This document shows, one piece after another, positions 1-12,514 of a DNA stretch of 64,000 nt. The position numbers and the translations under genes were made by a program. The notes below the pieces were generated by a model. The model worked only from the letters and a program-made list of their open reading frames with translations. It was not told the origin of the DNA and did not search any database. Every line of letters begins with the position of its first letter. Within the stretch, counting starts at the first letter, position 1. This DNA comes from Octopus vulgaris (Eukaryota), in contig OX597828.1 of the NCBI GenBank assembly GCA_951406725.2, forward strand, positions 64,480,001 through 64,544,000, given 5' to 3'.

Positions 1-108
1 CAACGACTTTCTTTCAGTTTCCGTTTCCCAAATCCACTCACAAGGCTTTGGTCAGCCCCGGGCTATAGTAGAAGACACTTGCCAAAACAAGCTACTTACC
101 ACACAGCC
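1..108 (-). mobile_element. SINE family A fragment (tRNA/CORE-like SINE), internally deleted
   Basis: Matches the 5' half of the full copies at 3126-3533 and 25124-25546 (ctttcagtttccg..caaatccactcacaaggc..agaagacacttgcc..caagctacttaccacacagcc). Confidence 0.85.
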
Positions 109-179
109 AATCTTGGGTCTATATATATACATATATGTATGTATATAAAAAGATTTTAAGGAGAATTTCTTTATATATA

Positions 180-1009
180 TATATTCTGCTATAGATCAAT
201 GCGTATCAGTCTTCAGAATATACTAATGTATCAGTCGTTAAAATATTAAAATATATTCAAAATTCATGGATACACAAATATATGAAAATCTATTATACAT
301 ATATAAATAGATAAGTGTATAATGGGTTAGAAGGGCATTGTAAAAATTGTTAAGAATAAGCGTATGCCCTTACAAAAAGGTGAATAAAGTAAAGTCTTCT
401 GAAGAGCGAATGAAAGAACATCGTAGCGTTGAGGTTGGAATATTTAGATATGTAAATAATCCGAGGAAATAAGTATCACGAAATGTGAAATCCTGAATAA
501 TATACTCTCTGATGAAGGAGGCAGTATCCAATTTTCGGAATGAAAACACCCTTAAAAGCTATGAAACAGCCGTAAGAGGATTACCACCAACAGTTTATCT
601 TAACAACATTATTTATTCTCTCGATTATTTAAATATGTTTTTTGAAAATATTCCAACCTCAATGCTACGATGTTCTTTTATTCGCTCTTCGGAAGACTTT
701 ATTCACCTTTTTGTAAGGCATACACTTATTCTTAATAATCTATACAACGGCCATTTTACACTCACCTGTTTATATATGTATATTAGATTTTTATATATTT
801 ATGCTTTTAATGTGCTTTAATATTTTAACAACTGATACATTGGTATGTTTTAAAGACTGACGTTCATTGATCTCTGGCAGAATATAATTAAATTGTTGAA
901 CCTATCAGAAATTGTCCATAACACTTTTTTTTATACGTTTGTGTCTCGGGTCTTTTATCTGAGCAATTCTGACTACTGCCTGTACAATAGATAAAGGAAC
1001 CTTACTATA

Positions 1010-1010
<1 letters not shown>
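180..1010 (+). mobile_element. Penelope-like/retrozyme-type non-coding element with fold-back structure
   Basis: Diverged inverted arms at about 180-472 and 613-886. A hammerhead motif lies in the loop, and (TA)n tracts flank the element. Confidence 0.65.
505..578 (+). ncRNA. Type I hammerhead ribozyme motif, helix II degenerate
   Basis: ctct-CTGATGA (509-515) ... GAAAC-agcc-GTA-agag (563-578); helix I ctct/agag. Confidence 0.6.
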
Positions 1011-1074
<64 letters not shown>

Positions 1075-1107
1075 CTATATAAATACATACATACATATAT
1101 ATATATG

Positions 1108-1208
<101 letters not shown>

Positions 1209-1444
1209 ATACATACATACATATATATATGGGCGTAGAGAAAGCGAGTCATCTCTCTGCGACTTGTAATCTATCTCGTTCTCTCAAAATATTATTCATT
1301 ACTTCTTGAAGTCGGTAACTATTGCGAAATAAACGACCAAAACAGCAAACCCACGCCTACTGTGTGTTGGTGACAGGCAAACAAATGTTAATATTATTAT
1401 TTATTTTAACTTACCATCACCAACTTTTTTCTTCTTCAAAATAG

Positions 1445-1499
<55 letters not shown>

Positions 1500-1744
1500 G
1501 TTATCAATTGCATTGTTGTTGTCAGTTTTATCTTCTTGTAAAGCTATACGGTGCAGACTATCCGGCTGGGCAGGCAGGCTTTACAGACAAAACGCGCTGT
1601 TCCACGCCTTCGTCCGTCTCGTCCTGAAGGCGACCCCAAACACAACATCTATTGTTCTAAAACCTGTTATTATAAACTTCAATCTTAAGGTATTTCTCTC
1701 TCTGTCTCTCTTTCTTTCTTTTTCTCGCTCTCTCCCTCTTTCTT

Positions 1745-1787
<43 letters not shown>

Positions 1788-1871
1788 GTTCTATATCTGC
1801 TACTACCGTCGACTACATTCCCTCCTTTTCAAAAAATATATATGCATATGTGGCTTGCTGCGTGCATACAC

Positions 1872-1904
<33 letters not shown>

Positions 1905-2274
1905 TATACATATGTACATTTGTGCACATACACGCGCGCGTATATGAATGTATGAATGAGTATATACATATACATACATAGCAATATATATATATATATG
2001 CGTTGTATATATAATGGTTAGATAATCTTGAAATTTATGGCTTGAATAAGTGTAGATGTGCAAACTTATTTGTTTGATCGCATGTATCTGATTGTGAGTG
2101 TGTGTGTGTTTGTGTATGTGTGTGTGTGTGCGAAACCCGCGCACTAGAGTGTGCGTGAGGGTAAAAGAGAGAGGGAGACAGAGAAAGTGAGAGTTAGAGA
2201 GAGTGAAAGACAGATAGGGAGAGGGGTAGAGACGAAAGACAGTTTAAGAGAGATCAAGACAATGAGAAATATTC

Positions 2275-2672
2275 TTTTCTACTCTAGGCACAAGGCCCGA
2301 AAGTTTTGGGGAGAAGGCCAATCGATTAGATCGACTCTAGTACGCAACTGGTACTTAATTTATCGACCCCGAAAGGCTGAAAGGCAAGGTCGACCTCGGC
2401 GGAATTTGAACTCACAACCTAAAGACCGACGAAATACCTATTTTTTAACAACCCACAAGGGGCTAAACACAGAGAGGACAAACAAGGACAGACAAACGGA
2501 TTAAGTCGATTATATCGATCCCAGTGCGTAACTGGTACTTATTTAATCGACCCCGAAGGGATTAAAGGCAAAGTCGACCTCGGCGGAATTTGAACTTAGA
2601 ATCTAATGGCAGACGAAATACAGCTAAGCATTTCGCCCGGCGTGTTAACGTTTCTGCCAATCTCGCCGCCTT
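2275..2672 (-). mobile_element. SINE family B, tandem dimer
   Basis: Two consecutive copies of the reverse complement of gagttcaaattccgccgaggtcgactttgcctttcatcctttcggggtcgataaataagtaccagtt. tRNA-like head ggcggcgagattggcagaaacgttaacacgccggg with A/B-box-like motifs at the right end. Confidence 0.85.
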
Positions 2673-3061
2673 ATTACAACGAGAAATATTGACGAGAAAA
2701 CAACTTTGTTGAGTGACAGGATTGTGAATATATATTAGTGTGTATATACGTATACGTGTTTATACGTATATATATGCATTTATATAAAAATAAGCTAGAG
2801 ACATAATTGGGTGGCCAATGGCATGTATATGCTTAACAAAGACAAATGCAGGTATATCAAACAACATACAACATAAACTTTTGATCTATAAGACCGCCAT
2901 CTCTTGAGAATGTACCATAATTACTAAATGGCAATTAAGATTAGCCTCACTTAAGAAAAGGAACTATTCTTCAGACTCAAGTATTCTCCAAACTTGACAT
3001 GTCATCATAATGGAAAACGACAGGATCAATGCCTGAAAATAGGAGGATATACACCTATATG

Positions 3062-3111
<50 letters not shown>

Positions 3112-3125
3112 TACATACATATATT

Positions 3126-3329
3126 ACTCTTTTACTTTGTTTCAGTCATTTTGACTGCGGCCATGCTGGAGCACCGCCTTTAGTCAAGCAAATCGACCCC
3201 GGGACTTATTCTTTGTAAGCCCAGTACTTATTCTATCGGTCTTTTTTGTCGAACCGCTAAGTGACGGGGACATAAACACACCAGCATCGGTTGTCACGCA
3301 ATGCTAGAGGGACAAACACAGACACACAA

Positions 3330-3362
<33 letters not shown>

Positions 3363-3531
3363 CATATATACGACAGGCTTCTTTCAGTTTCCATCTACCA
3401 AATCCACTCACAAGGCATTGGTCGGTCCGGGGCTATAGCAGAAGACACTTACCCAAGATGCCACGGAGTGGGACTGAACCCGGAACCATGTGGTTGGTTA
3501 GCAAGCTACTTACCACACAGCCACTCCTGCG

Positions 3532-3533
<2 letters not shown>
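3126..3533 (-). mobile_element. SINE family A, full length
   Basis: Head GGCGCAGGAGTGGCTGTGTGG (A box) ... GGTTCAGTCCC (B box), CORE-like ttgggtaagtgtctt, internal (TA)/(TG) tract, LINE-like tail and (GAGTAAAA)n-type end. Confidence 0.9.
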
Positions 3534-3587
<54 letters not shown>

Positions 3588-3676
3588 AAAGTTTCAGCTC
3601 AGAGTCTGTGGCCATGCTGGTGCACCGCCGTTTTGCTACACTGTTATTACTAGGAGCCTCCTCTAATATGTGGCAC

Positions 3677-6560
3677 TTAATGAAGAATGGAGTTTGATAT
3701 AGCTACCCTCATTTGCACTTCTTGCCGTGAGGTAGGCTCATCTGGGACTCTCGACAGGAACAGGTCCAGCTTTGATTTAAAAACCCCTACATCTACTTTG
3801 TGCAAGTTCCTCAGACTCTTTGGGAGAATATTAAAAAGCTGTGGGCCCTTGAAACCCAGGCTGTTGCAGTAACTGGTCCTGAAGCATGATGGCATTACTG
3901 GGATCTTTGGCACTATGCAGTGTCGTCCCGTTCTGGCATTGCTGTAGCTTTCAATGCCAAAATTTGGCACAATTTTTCCAGGATCTTCCAGATATATATT
4001 ACTGCATACCTCTCCCGTCTTCTCTCCAGGGAATAGAGTCTTAGCTGTTTCAACCTTTCCCAGTAGCTGAGCTGTTGCAAAGAGACGATCTTCTTTGTGA
4101 ATCTTCTCTGGATTGCTTCAAGGTCTGCTGTTAATCTCACACTGGTGGGTGACCATAGCTGTGAGCAGTAATCTAGGCGGCTGAGGACGAATGTCCGCCG
4201 GAGGACCATCAGAGTTTCCTTATCTCTGGTTCTGAATGTTCTTAGGATCCATCCAGCCAGTCGTCTGCACTTTGTCACCATCCTGATAACGTGCACTTGG
4301 AGAGGGGTATCATCACTCATGTCGATACCCAGGTCCCTCACTGACTTAGGCTCTGGGATTGAAATTCCCTGTGGACCGGTGTACCCTGTAGGTTTAATAT
4401 TCAGTTTTGGATGCTGGTAGCGCAGGCTCTGGAATTTTTCAGCATTAAACTGCACATTATTATCCTCAGCCCATCTGTAAATTGAGTCCAACTCCTGCTG
4501 CAGGTGTGCAACATCGCTGGGGTTCTGTATTTTCTGTGAGACTTCCGTATCATTTGCATAGCTTGCATTTGCGGGCATATCTGAGAGGGCCACTATAAAA
4601 AGCAGTGGTCCCAAGACAGTGCCCTGTGGAACACCGCTCACTATTTGTGTGTTCATAGAGGTGGCTCCATTAACCACTACTGCCTGACTCCTATCTTTCA
4701 GGAAGTCATGTAACCACACTCCAAGTTTTCCAGCTATGCCGAGGTCGCGCAATTTGTGGCATATCATACCATGATCCACCTTGTCAAAAGCTTTTTCAAA
4801 ATCAAAGTATATTACGTCCACATTTGATTTGTTGAGTAACTGCCTCAACACCCAGTCATAATGTTGTAAGAGCTGGGTCAAGCAGCTCCTACCTGATCGA
4901 AAACTATGCTGGGTATCACTCAGCAAGTTATTTTCCTCAAGGAATGCGATTAGTTTCTTTCTGACTATCCGTTCCATGACTTTGCTGATGTGTGAAGTCA
5001 GAGAGATAGGCCTATAGTGTTTGACTTCTTCCCCCTTTATGTATTGGGCATATTATTCCCTCCTTCAGCTTGCTTGGCAGTTTGCCATTTGTAAGAAAGC
5101 TCTGGAAGAGAATCTTGAGGGGATTTACCTGGGAATGTTTACACGATTTGAGGAGGATTGCTGGGAAACCATCAGGACCAGCAGTTGAGTTTGTGTCCAC
5201 TTCATCTATGGCTAGTAGTACATCTTCGCTAATATCAATGTATTCCATCATAACTGCCTCGCTGGTTATAGGAGAGGCGGTAAAGAAGTCCACTGGTTCG
5301 TTCACTTGTCTGTGTTCCAACAGGGTGGTAAAGACACTTTTGAACTGGTCATCCAGTATCTCACTGATCTTTGTTGGACTGTCTGTGAGAGAGCCATCCT
5401 TTTGGAGGAGGGGTCCTATCTTGTAGTATACTGAGGCTGTTTCTTTCGCGTAATGAAAGAAGGCCTTTGTGTTTGACTTAATGTTTTTTACAACCCAGGC
5501 TTCTTTGTCTGCTTTCTCCCTCACATAGGATTGTTGCAGCCTTTTTTCGATCTCTATCAGTGTTGTTTTTAGGCGGGACGTTTCGCTGCTTTTGGGATGT
5601 TGGTTGAGTCGATTTGCAACCTTCGTCCATCGTCTCATGAGGATCTTCCTATCGCTTGGAATCTTGCTCCTATTTGTTTTGGCCTTGTGCTCCGGGACCT
5701 ATTTCTGGCATATGGCTTGCACAGAAGACATGAAACATTCTGGTTTCATGTCAAGGACTGGTGTGGAGAGACATTTCGGCCAGTCCTCTCTGAGGATCTC
5801 TTTTTGGATCGATTTCCAATATGCTTTGTGAAAGTTCAAATTGGAGAGATTTCGGGTGATTCTTTAGGCTGTATGGTTACTTTCGGTCCAAGCATAGACA
5901 GCTCTATTATGTTGTGATCCGAGACTAATGTCGATATCACTTTCACATCATGAATGATGTCCATATTATTCGTGAAGCAGAGATCCTGAATGTTATTCGC
6001 CCTAGTTGGTTTGAGTACAACTTGCTCCATGAATAAGACATTGGTGAGGTTGAGCAGGGACTCCACCTGTGCTTGCTTGCAATGAGTCATTCCTGCAATG
6101 GGCCATTTGACGTTGGGGAAGTTGAAATCACCCATAAGAAATATGGTCACGTGGTGTTCCAGATTCATGAGGATTTCTTTAATTCTTGTGAGGCAATCTT
6201 CAAACTTGCCTATGTGGTTTGGAGCATCCGGTGGGCAATATGTATTGCATATGACTATATTATGTTGTCTTATGTATACAATTAGAGTGTCACATACCGA
6301 ATTTGAGTATAACAGTAAGACCTGGGGTGTGAGGTCATCACCGATGTATACTGCAACTCCACCATGGCTCCTTTCCCTTCTGTCTGTTCGCAGTATGGCA
6401 TAGTTTGGTACGTGTACTTCTGCGTCCTCTATGTCAGGGCTGAGGTGAGTTTCTACGAGTGCTGTGCATAGGGCTTGATTGCATGCAGTAAGATCTCCCA
6501 GGAAAGAAATTTTGCTTTTATTTTGATGCAACAGGCCCCCAATATTTAGTAAAAGTATTG
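3677..6560 (-). pseudogene. LINE ORF2: APE endonuclease + reverse transcriptase, broken into several frames
   Basis: APE motifs LLNIGGL, LVETHL, RTDR..GGVAVY, MGDFNFP, SDHNII (ORF 5836-6699). RT motifs DFEKAFDKVDH, SGVPQGTVLGPLLF and YAND in place of YADD (ORF 3913-4977). CR1-type C-terminus LEAIQRRFTK..LSYWERLKQLRLYSLERRR and FKSKLDLFL. Confidence 0.92.
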
Positions 6561-6667
6561 GGGTGACGACTGTGCAGGCATTAGGGGAGGCCACCCCATG
6601 TCTGTTGACTGTGGTCGTCTTGCATAGTGGTGGGCAAGGTTCCTTCTTTGTGTTTGGCGTAACCAGG

Positions 6668-7479
6668 TTAACTGCTGGACAATCCTTTGCGCCATGCACA
6701 AAAAATACTCTTGCTCAGCTGCTGCGTTGCGCAGAACATCTGAGGAGCGCACTTCTTTTCTGAATGTTTTCCTGGGAGACATTTCTTGCCTTTCCTCGGT
6801 AAAGTTCTTCTCTTTAAGGCCCCTGTAGTTCTGGCGGGGTGTCGGGTGGGCAAACCGGCAGTTTTTGCCGTCCTCCCCATGCCAACATTTTCCCTGCAGG
6901 CAAAATTTACAGGTTCTTGGCTGCCTTCCAGATTTCTTTTTTCCTGTAGGATTTTGGGTGGCATTGGGTCCTCCATGGGGTTTTCTGTTGTTTGTTTGGT
7001 GGGTTGTGGTTTCAGTTTTGGTTATTTTGCCTTTACTTTTGTTTTCCGTCCTTCCTTTTTTCTTCTGTTTTTCTAATTTCTCATTTCTTTGTAGGACAGG
7101 GTGGGGGGCTTCCCTTTACTGTTCCCTTGGCTCCCCTATCCTTTTCTGCCTGGTCGTTCACCGGGGTAGGTGATCCATTTTCTTGAGGAACCTCAGGATT
7201 ACAGAAACTTCCGGGTTCTTTTTCTTTTTCGTCCTCTCCATCCATATTAGCCTTGCCACAATCATTTTCAATTATGTTATCCAAGGTGTTGATGTGTGGT
7301 CTTATAAGCATGTAAGACCGGATATACTCACTTTTCTTCCGGTCTATCTGGTCAATGGTTCTGTGAAAGCCATTGTTCTTTAGCGCAGCAATGATGATGT
7401 TGTTTGGCGGATCTCCACTAGCAATCGTACGAGCTCGTAGCAGAATATTTAATTCTTTCTTTTCCCACGTTGGTGCCAT
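6668..7479 (-). pseudogene. LINE ORF1: Myb/SANT(trihelix)-like N-terminus plus CCCH zinc finger(s), frameshifted
   Basis: ATG at 7479 gives MAPTWEKKELNILL...NGFHRTIDQIDRKKSEY. A frame at about 6840-6910 reads CKFCLQGKCWHGEDGKNCRFAHP. Confidence 0.65.
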
Positions 7480-7917
7480 CTTCGTTTTTAAGCCCAGAGG
7501 GGGAGTAGAGGCTAGAGAGGTAATGTGAGATAGAGGGAGGTAGAGGAGAAGCACAGAGGTGGAATAGGGAAAGAGAGAGGGAAATATGAAGGAAAGAGAG
7601 AGGTGCTATGAAGGAAATAGAGAGGATGATATGGGGAAAGCAAGGGGGTGTGGCGTGTTATAGAGACAGAGGAAGGTAGAGGAAGGGGAGAGGAGGGGAA
7701 TAGAAAGAGTCAGAGTGAAGGAGGGGAGGGGAAGAGAAAGAGAAGTGAGAAAAGAGGAGGATATGAAAGGGAGGGAGAAAGACGAGAAAAAGAGTAAGAT
7801 ATGCAAGAGAGAGGGAAAGAGTAGGCGTAAAGAGAGAGGAGCTGGAAGTAGAGGAGTATATGTAAGGGAGGAGAGAGGAAGAGGATAGATATGAAGAGAG
7901 TGGGGAAACGAAAGAAA

Positions 7918-8580
7918 TATATAATTCTAAACTAATTACGATTATATTTCTAAAAAAGGTTTCTAAATAAATTTAAAGAGATAAAGTGAAAAAAGCGGAG
8001 TGGACGCTGTAAGAGAAGTTGAAAGAAAAAAGAAAATTATTCTCAGAAAGTAAACAGCGATGAAATCGTAGCTCAGATATTAACTTAAATTAAAGGAAAA
8101 TAAACAAATGAAAAGGATACTTATTTGCAGGAGGCAAAACTCCAAATCCTTGTCCTTGTACGAAGTTTTCTTTCAAAAATGAAAAGAAAACAATTCCTTT
8201 TGTCTCTTACATCCGGCTGGAAATAAAAATATGACTCGCAACCACGTGCTTTCTCGAAATAGTATATAATTCTAAATTAAATATTTATATTTCTAAATAA
8301 TTCTAAAGAGATAACGTGAAAAATAGATTGAAAGTGAAGTGGACACTAACAGAAATTGAAAGAAAATTATTCACAAAATGTAAACAAAGATGGGATCGTA
8401 ATTCAAATGTTACCTTAAATTAAAGGAAAATGAAAAGGATACTTATTTGAAAGAGGTTAAATTCAAAATCCTTGTCCTTGTACGAAGTTTTCTTTCAAAA
8501 AAGAAAAGAAAACAATTGTTTTTGCTTCTTACATTCGGCTGGAAATAAAAATACGACTTGCAACCACGTGCTTTTTCGAC
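7918..8580 (-). repeat. Two tandem 320-345 bp monomers in the LINE 5' UTR
   Basis: Colinear repeats at about 7918-8260 and 8262-8580. Both contain aatccttgtccttgtacgaagttttctttcaaaaa and cggctggaaataaaaat..gcaaccacgtgcttt. Confidence 0.85.
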
Positions 8581-8802
8581 GAAACCGACTTTAATGTAAT
8601 ATATTTGGCTTGTAGCGAAATATATTACGGTTTTTAATTAATATATTTTAGTAGACCGTTATGAGATAACAAGTTCTACGTTTTTTGTCAGTTTTAGTAG
8701 ATTATTTCGTCGATTTATGCAACCCCTTTTGGTTGTTTCAGAGAACGAAAAAAAAAAAACACGTCTTTCTTCAATGAAATCGGAAGTATATATATATATA
8801 TA

Positions 8803-8908
8803 TAACGGGAAGCTTTATGAAAATAAACAAAAAACGAAGGCAGGTGGAGTACAAACAAACAATTGTATTAGCATGGCGCTCAGGAATAGAAATAAAACAA
8901 GTCTTTTA
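8803..8908 (-). mobile_element. 3' fragment of a Penelope-like element related to the copies at 44547 and 56545
   Basis: Shares tattagcatggcgctcaggaa with tattattggacgctcaggaa of the 44.6 kb copy. It starts in (TA)n and is truncated before the ribozyme. Confidence 0.45.
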
Positions 8909-8917
8909 CACACACAC

Positions 8918-9870
8918 AGATGATGGTTTTCTTGTCGTGAACGCCAAATGAGGGTTCAGTAAAATAAAGCGTTAATAATGTTCTATGGAGACGAATGTGT
9001 CTCTTGAGGCCTGTTGGTGCCTTGAAAACGTTTTGGCAAATGAAACAAGTTGACTCCTCAGTTTATTCGAGTGCTTGTGTTATCAGAAACTTCCTGCATT
9101 GCTTCGTGTCACAAAACCACAATGACAAGTAAGGTTTTAATTTGTTAACGTGCCTTCATGCTTGCACGAAGTTGGTCTCGATGTTGGGGTCGACTTTGCT
9201 CCAATATTTAAACGGAGGAGAAACAGGACTGGCGCTAGGTCCTCCGTTCTGATGCTTTGTTTTCCCGGGAAGAAAAGGATATGATGCATCGTCTCAGATT
9301 GCCTTTTAGTTTGTCTTAAAGTAATATCTGAATACGCTTCGGAATTCAGATATTACTCATATGTGAGAGATGACCTGACCATCTAAACTGTATTTTGATG
9401 AGGATGGCTTCAATACACGATATGTTGCATTTTGTGACCATATTCTCCCTGTTTGGAATATGGTTACTCGGTTTTATGCTGGAGATAGGCAAACATCGCA
9501 TATGAAAAGGGTCAAGCTGGTTGATGTGATTTCGCTACAGAGTCCAAGATTCGGCATCATAAAGCAATGTTGTCAAGATGGACGACTTATATACATCAAC
9601 TTTCACTTTCAACGACACGTCTTGGCTGTTCCAAAGCCTGTGATAAAGCTTACCCAAAGCGGAGCTAGCCTTCCCGATTCTAGACTCAATTGCTTTATCC
9701 ATCATTGCATTACTGGACACAATGGAACCAAGATAAGGGAAGGAGGAAAGATTTTATAATGCTTTCCCATCAGTACATACAACAGCAACAACAACAGCAA
9801 CAACAGGAAGACGGTCATGAATGGACAAGCTCAGTTTTCTTGATGCTGATAGTCAGACCAAAAGCCTTCG
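8918..9870 (-). mobile_element. RTE-clade LINE, decayed 3' portion
   Basis: ORF 9535-9720 RIGKASSALGKLYHRLW..KVDVYKSSILTTLLYDAESWT. GFGLTISIKKTE motif at about 9830-9870. Confidence 0.8.
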
Positions 9871-10499
9871 TTGCACGCGACGTATTACCTTCAAGGAATA
9901 TTACTTGTCTTGTTTTGGTGCTCAAAACTTTCATTCCGGGACGATGTTCGTCCCGGTATATTGTCATTCTATTCGTTTAGTCAAGAGAGAAGTTATATTT
10001 TTCGCTATTTTGCAACTAATATGTAATAAACCCCCTGAAAAATATATCTTATTTCCCCTCCTTCCATAAATATAACTGATAACATTCTGCTTAACTTTTT
10101 TAACGTTATAATTCTTTCACTCCTTCAATGTTGCTGCTGTTGTTCTGTTCAATTGTAATGTTTTCAGCGAAACTCTGAATGGTGAACTTAGATTTCACAT
10201 ATGAACGTGAAATAAAGATTTCTTCAGTGAATGCGAGCAAAAGTCTAACAAGCTTGATAGTTATCGCATTCAAGTTGAGGACCAGTCACATCTCAAAGAA
10301 TAAATATGAATAAAATCATCTCCCAAATATGTTTTCGATCCTATCATAAGAACTTTTCTCCCAGCACATTCTCTGTAGCGAGAATCTTTCGTCGGTGTCC
10401 AAGTGTACACGAACGTGTTAAAGATAACTGTTCATACATACACACACACACGTTCTTTACTATAGACACAAGGCCTGAAATTTTGAAGGAGGGGTATAG

Positions 10500-10855
10500 T
10501 TGCAATATTCATTTGATACATATTTTATCATTTTATCGACTTCCCAAATGATAAAAAGCGAAGTCCATCTCATCGAATTTGAATTCAACATATAAAGATG
10601 GACGAAACACTGCAATGTATCTTTCCAGGTGACAAGCACAAACACAACACAACACACACACACACATACACACACACACATTTGTATATATGTAGGACTT
10701 CCACAATTTCCTTCGAACATAAACCAAATATCAAGGGTTTGGTCAACCCTATACAAACGCAGATGACACTTGACGAAGGTGCTGCACATGTGGCCTGATC
10801 TCGAAACCATGTGGTTGCAAAGCGAACTTCTAACCAGACAGCCATACCTGCGCCG
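10500..10855 (-). mobile_element. Old diverged SINE (family A-like head)
   Basis: gaaaccatgtggttgcaaagcgaacttctaaccagacagccatacctgcgcc head; internal (CA)n. Confidence 0.6.
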
Positions 10856-12069
10856 ATATATCTGAGTGAATATTCCCTATATCCATATGAGCACAAATAT
10901 TTGCGTTTTTGATTTAGGCTGATATGATTTATCTGTTGTTTTCTAGCTCTAAGATTATACCTGGAAATGACATCGATGTATTTCTAAGAGTTATATATTT
11001 TACTGTTCCGAGTGTCAAAATTTAGTACAAAATGTTTCCTTGGATTTTTCGGGTAAGTATATTATACCAAATATATCGTCTACACACGTGGTTTAAATCG
11101 CACATTCACTCTTTGATACCGCTTTGCTTTCTAGTATGGTTATAAAGAACATCGCACACATTAGGCCCCATAGGAGACTCCATGGCTTCTCCGTCGTTCT
11201 ACTGATATAACTTTCCAATGTACAAGAAAGGACCATTGTCATGGCAGGACACTAATAATTTCCTCAGCATATTAACTAGTATAGTGGTGGTGGGGAAGTC
11301 TGTTATTGTAGAAATATTGTAATATAGAATCTATTGTGTTCACCAATGGAAGGTTGGTAAACGGAAATTCAATGTGTTGCGTGGAGATGTTATCTACTTG
11401 GCTGGTTTCTTTGAAGATCTCAAAGAACTTTGCCGATCACCGTAAACTATATAATATGTTTTGTTTACTTCTAAGAACTTTTTTCAATTGAGAAATCTGC
11501 CCTTTGCATGTGACTCATGTGACCCGTTATTAATCAATGAAACTCAAAGTGTATGTATGTATGTGCGTATGTATGATTGTGTGTGGGGGTGTGTACAATC
11601 CTAAGGAAAGCATTCAATATATATAAAATGTATGAAATACAAATTTGATCAAAATGAGATTCAAACAATGAGATCTTAGCATTCAATAACTTAACATTTT
11701 GAGCTTTAGAATTCGGCTGACATTGCAAAGTATATCAGGTGTATAGATATATGTGTCTGTGTGTGAGTGTGTGTGCATGTATGTATATAAGTGCATAAAT
11801 TACTCACATACACACACACACACGCACATATATGTACGTATATGCATTTATATAATACACGTATTAAGGAGGCATACGAAATATGACAGGTGAAAGAACA
11901 AGAAGAGAAAAGAAGGACCTGAATAGAAAAAAGGTGGAAAGAAGCGGAAATAGGAAACAATTAACGTGTGTCTGCAAAGGTTATGAACCTATTTCGATAA
12001 AGTAATATTGGTAGGAAACAAATATGAAACATATTGGGAATGAATTAAGAAGTAAACGGTAACAAAATA

Positions 12070-12514
12070 GAGAGGAGGAGGAGGAGAAGAAGAAGAAGAA
12101 GAAGAAGAAGAAGAAGAGGAGGAGGAGGAGGAGGAGACAGAAGACGAAGAAGGAGAAGAAGAAGAAGAAGAAGAAGAAGAAGAAGAAGAAGAAGAAGAAG
12201 AAGAAGAAGAAGAAGAGGAAAGAGAAGAGGGAGAAGAAGAGGGAGGAGAAGAAGAAGGAGAAGAAGAAGAAGAGAGAGAAGAAGAAGAAGAGAGAGAAGA
12301 AGAAGAAAAAGAAGAAGAAGAAAAAGAGGAGGAGGAGGAGGAGAAGGAAGAAGAAGAGGAGGAGGTGGAGGAGACAGAAGAAGAAGAAGAAGAAGAAGAA
12401 GAAGAGGGAGAAGAAGAAGAAGAAGAAGAAGAAGAAGAAGAAGAAGAAAAAAAAGAAGAAGAAGAAGAAGAAGAAGAAGAAGAAGAAGAAGAAGAAGAAG
12501 AAGAAGAAGAAGAA
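12070..12514. repeat. (GAA/GAG)n polypurine microsatellite
   Basis: About 440 bp of nearly pure purine triplets. Confidence 0.95.

Larger units (their letters stand above)
3572..8788 (-). mobile_element. Near full-length CR1-group non-LTR retrotransposon (LINE), frameshifted
   Basis: In order on the minus strand: 5' UTR with tandem monomers, ORF1, APE endonuclease, reverse transcriptase, short 3' UTR, poly(A) (T-run 3572-3587). Confidence 0.9.
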
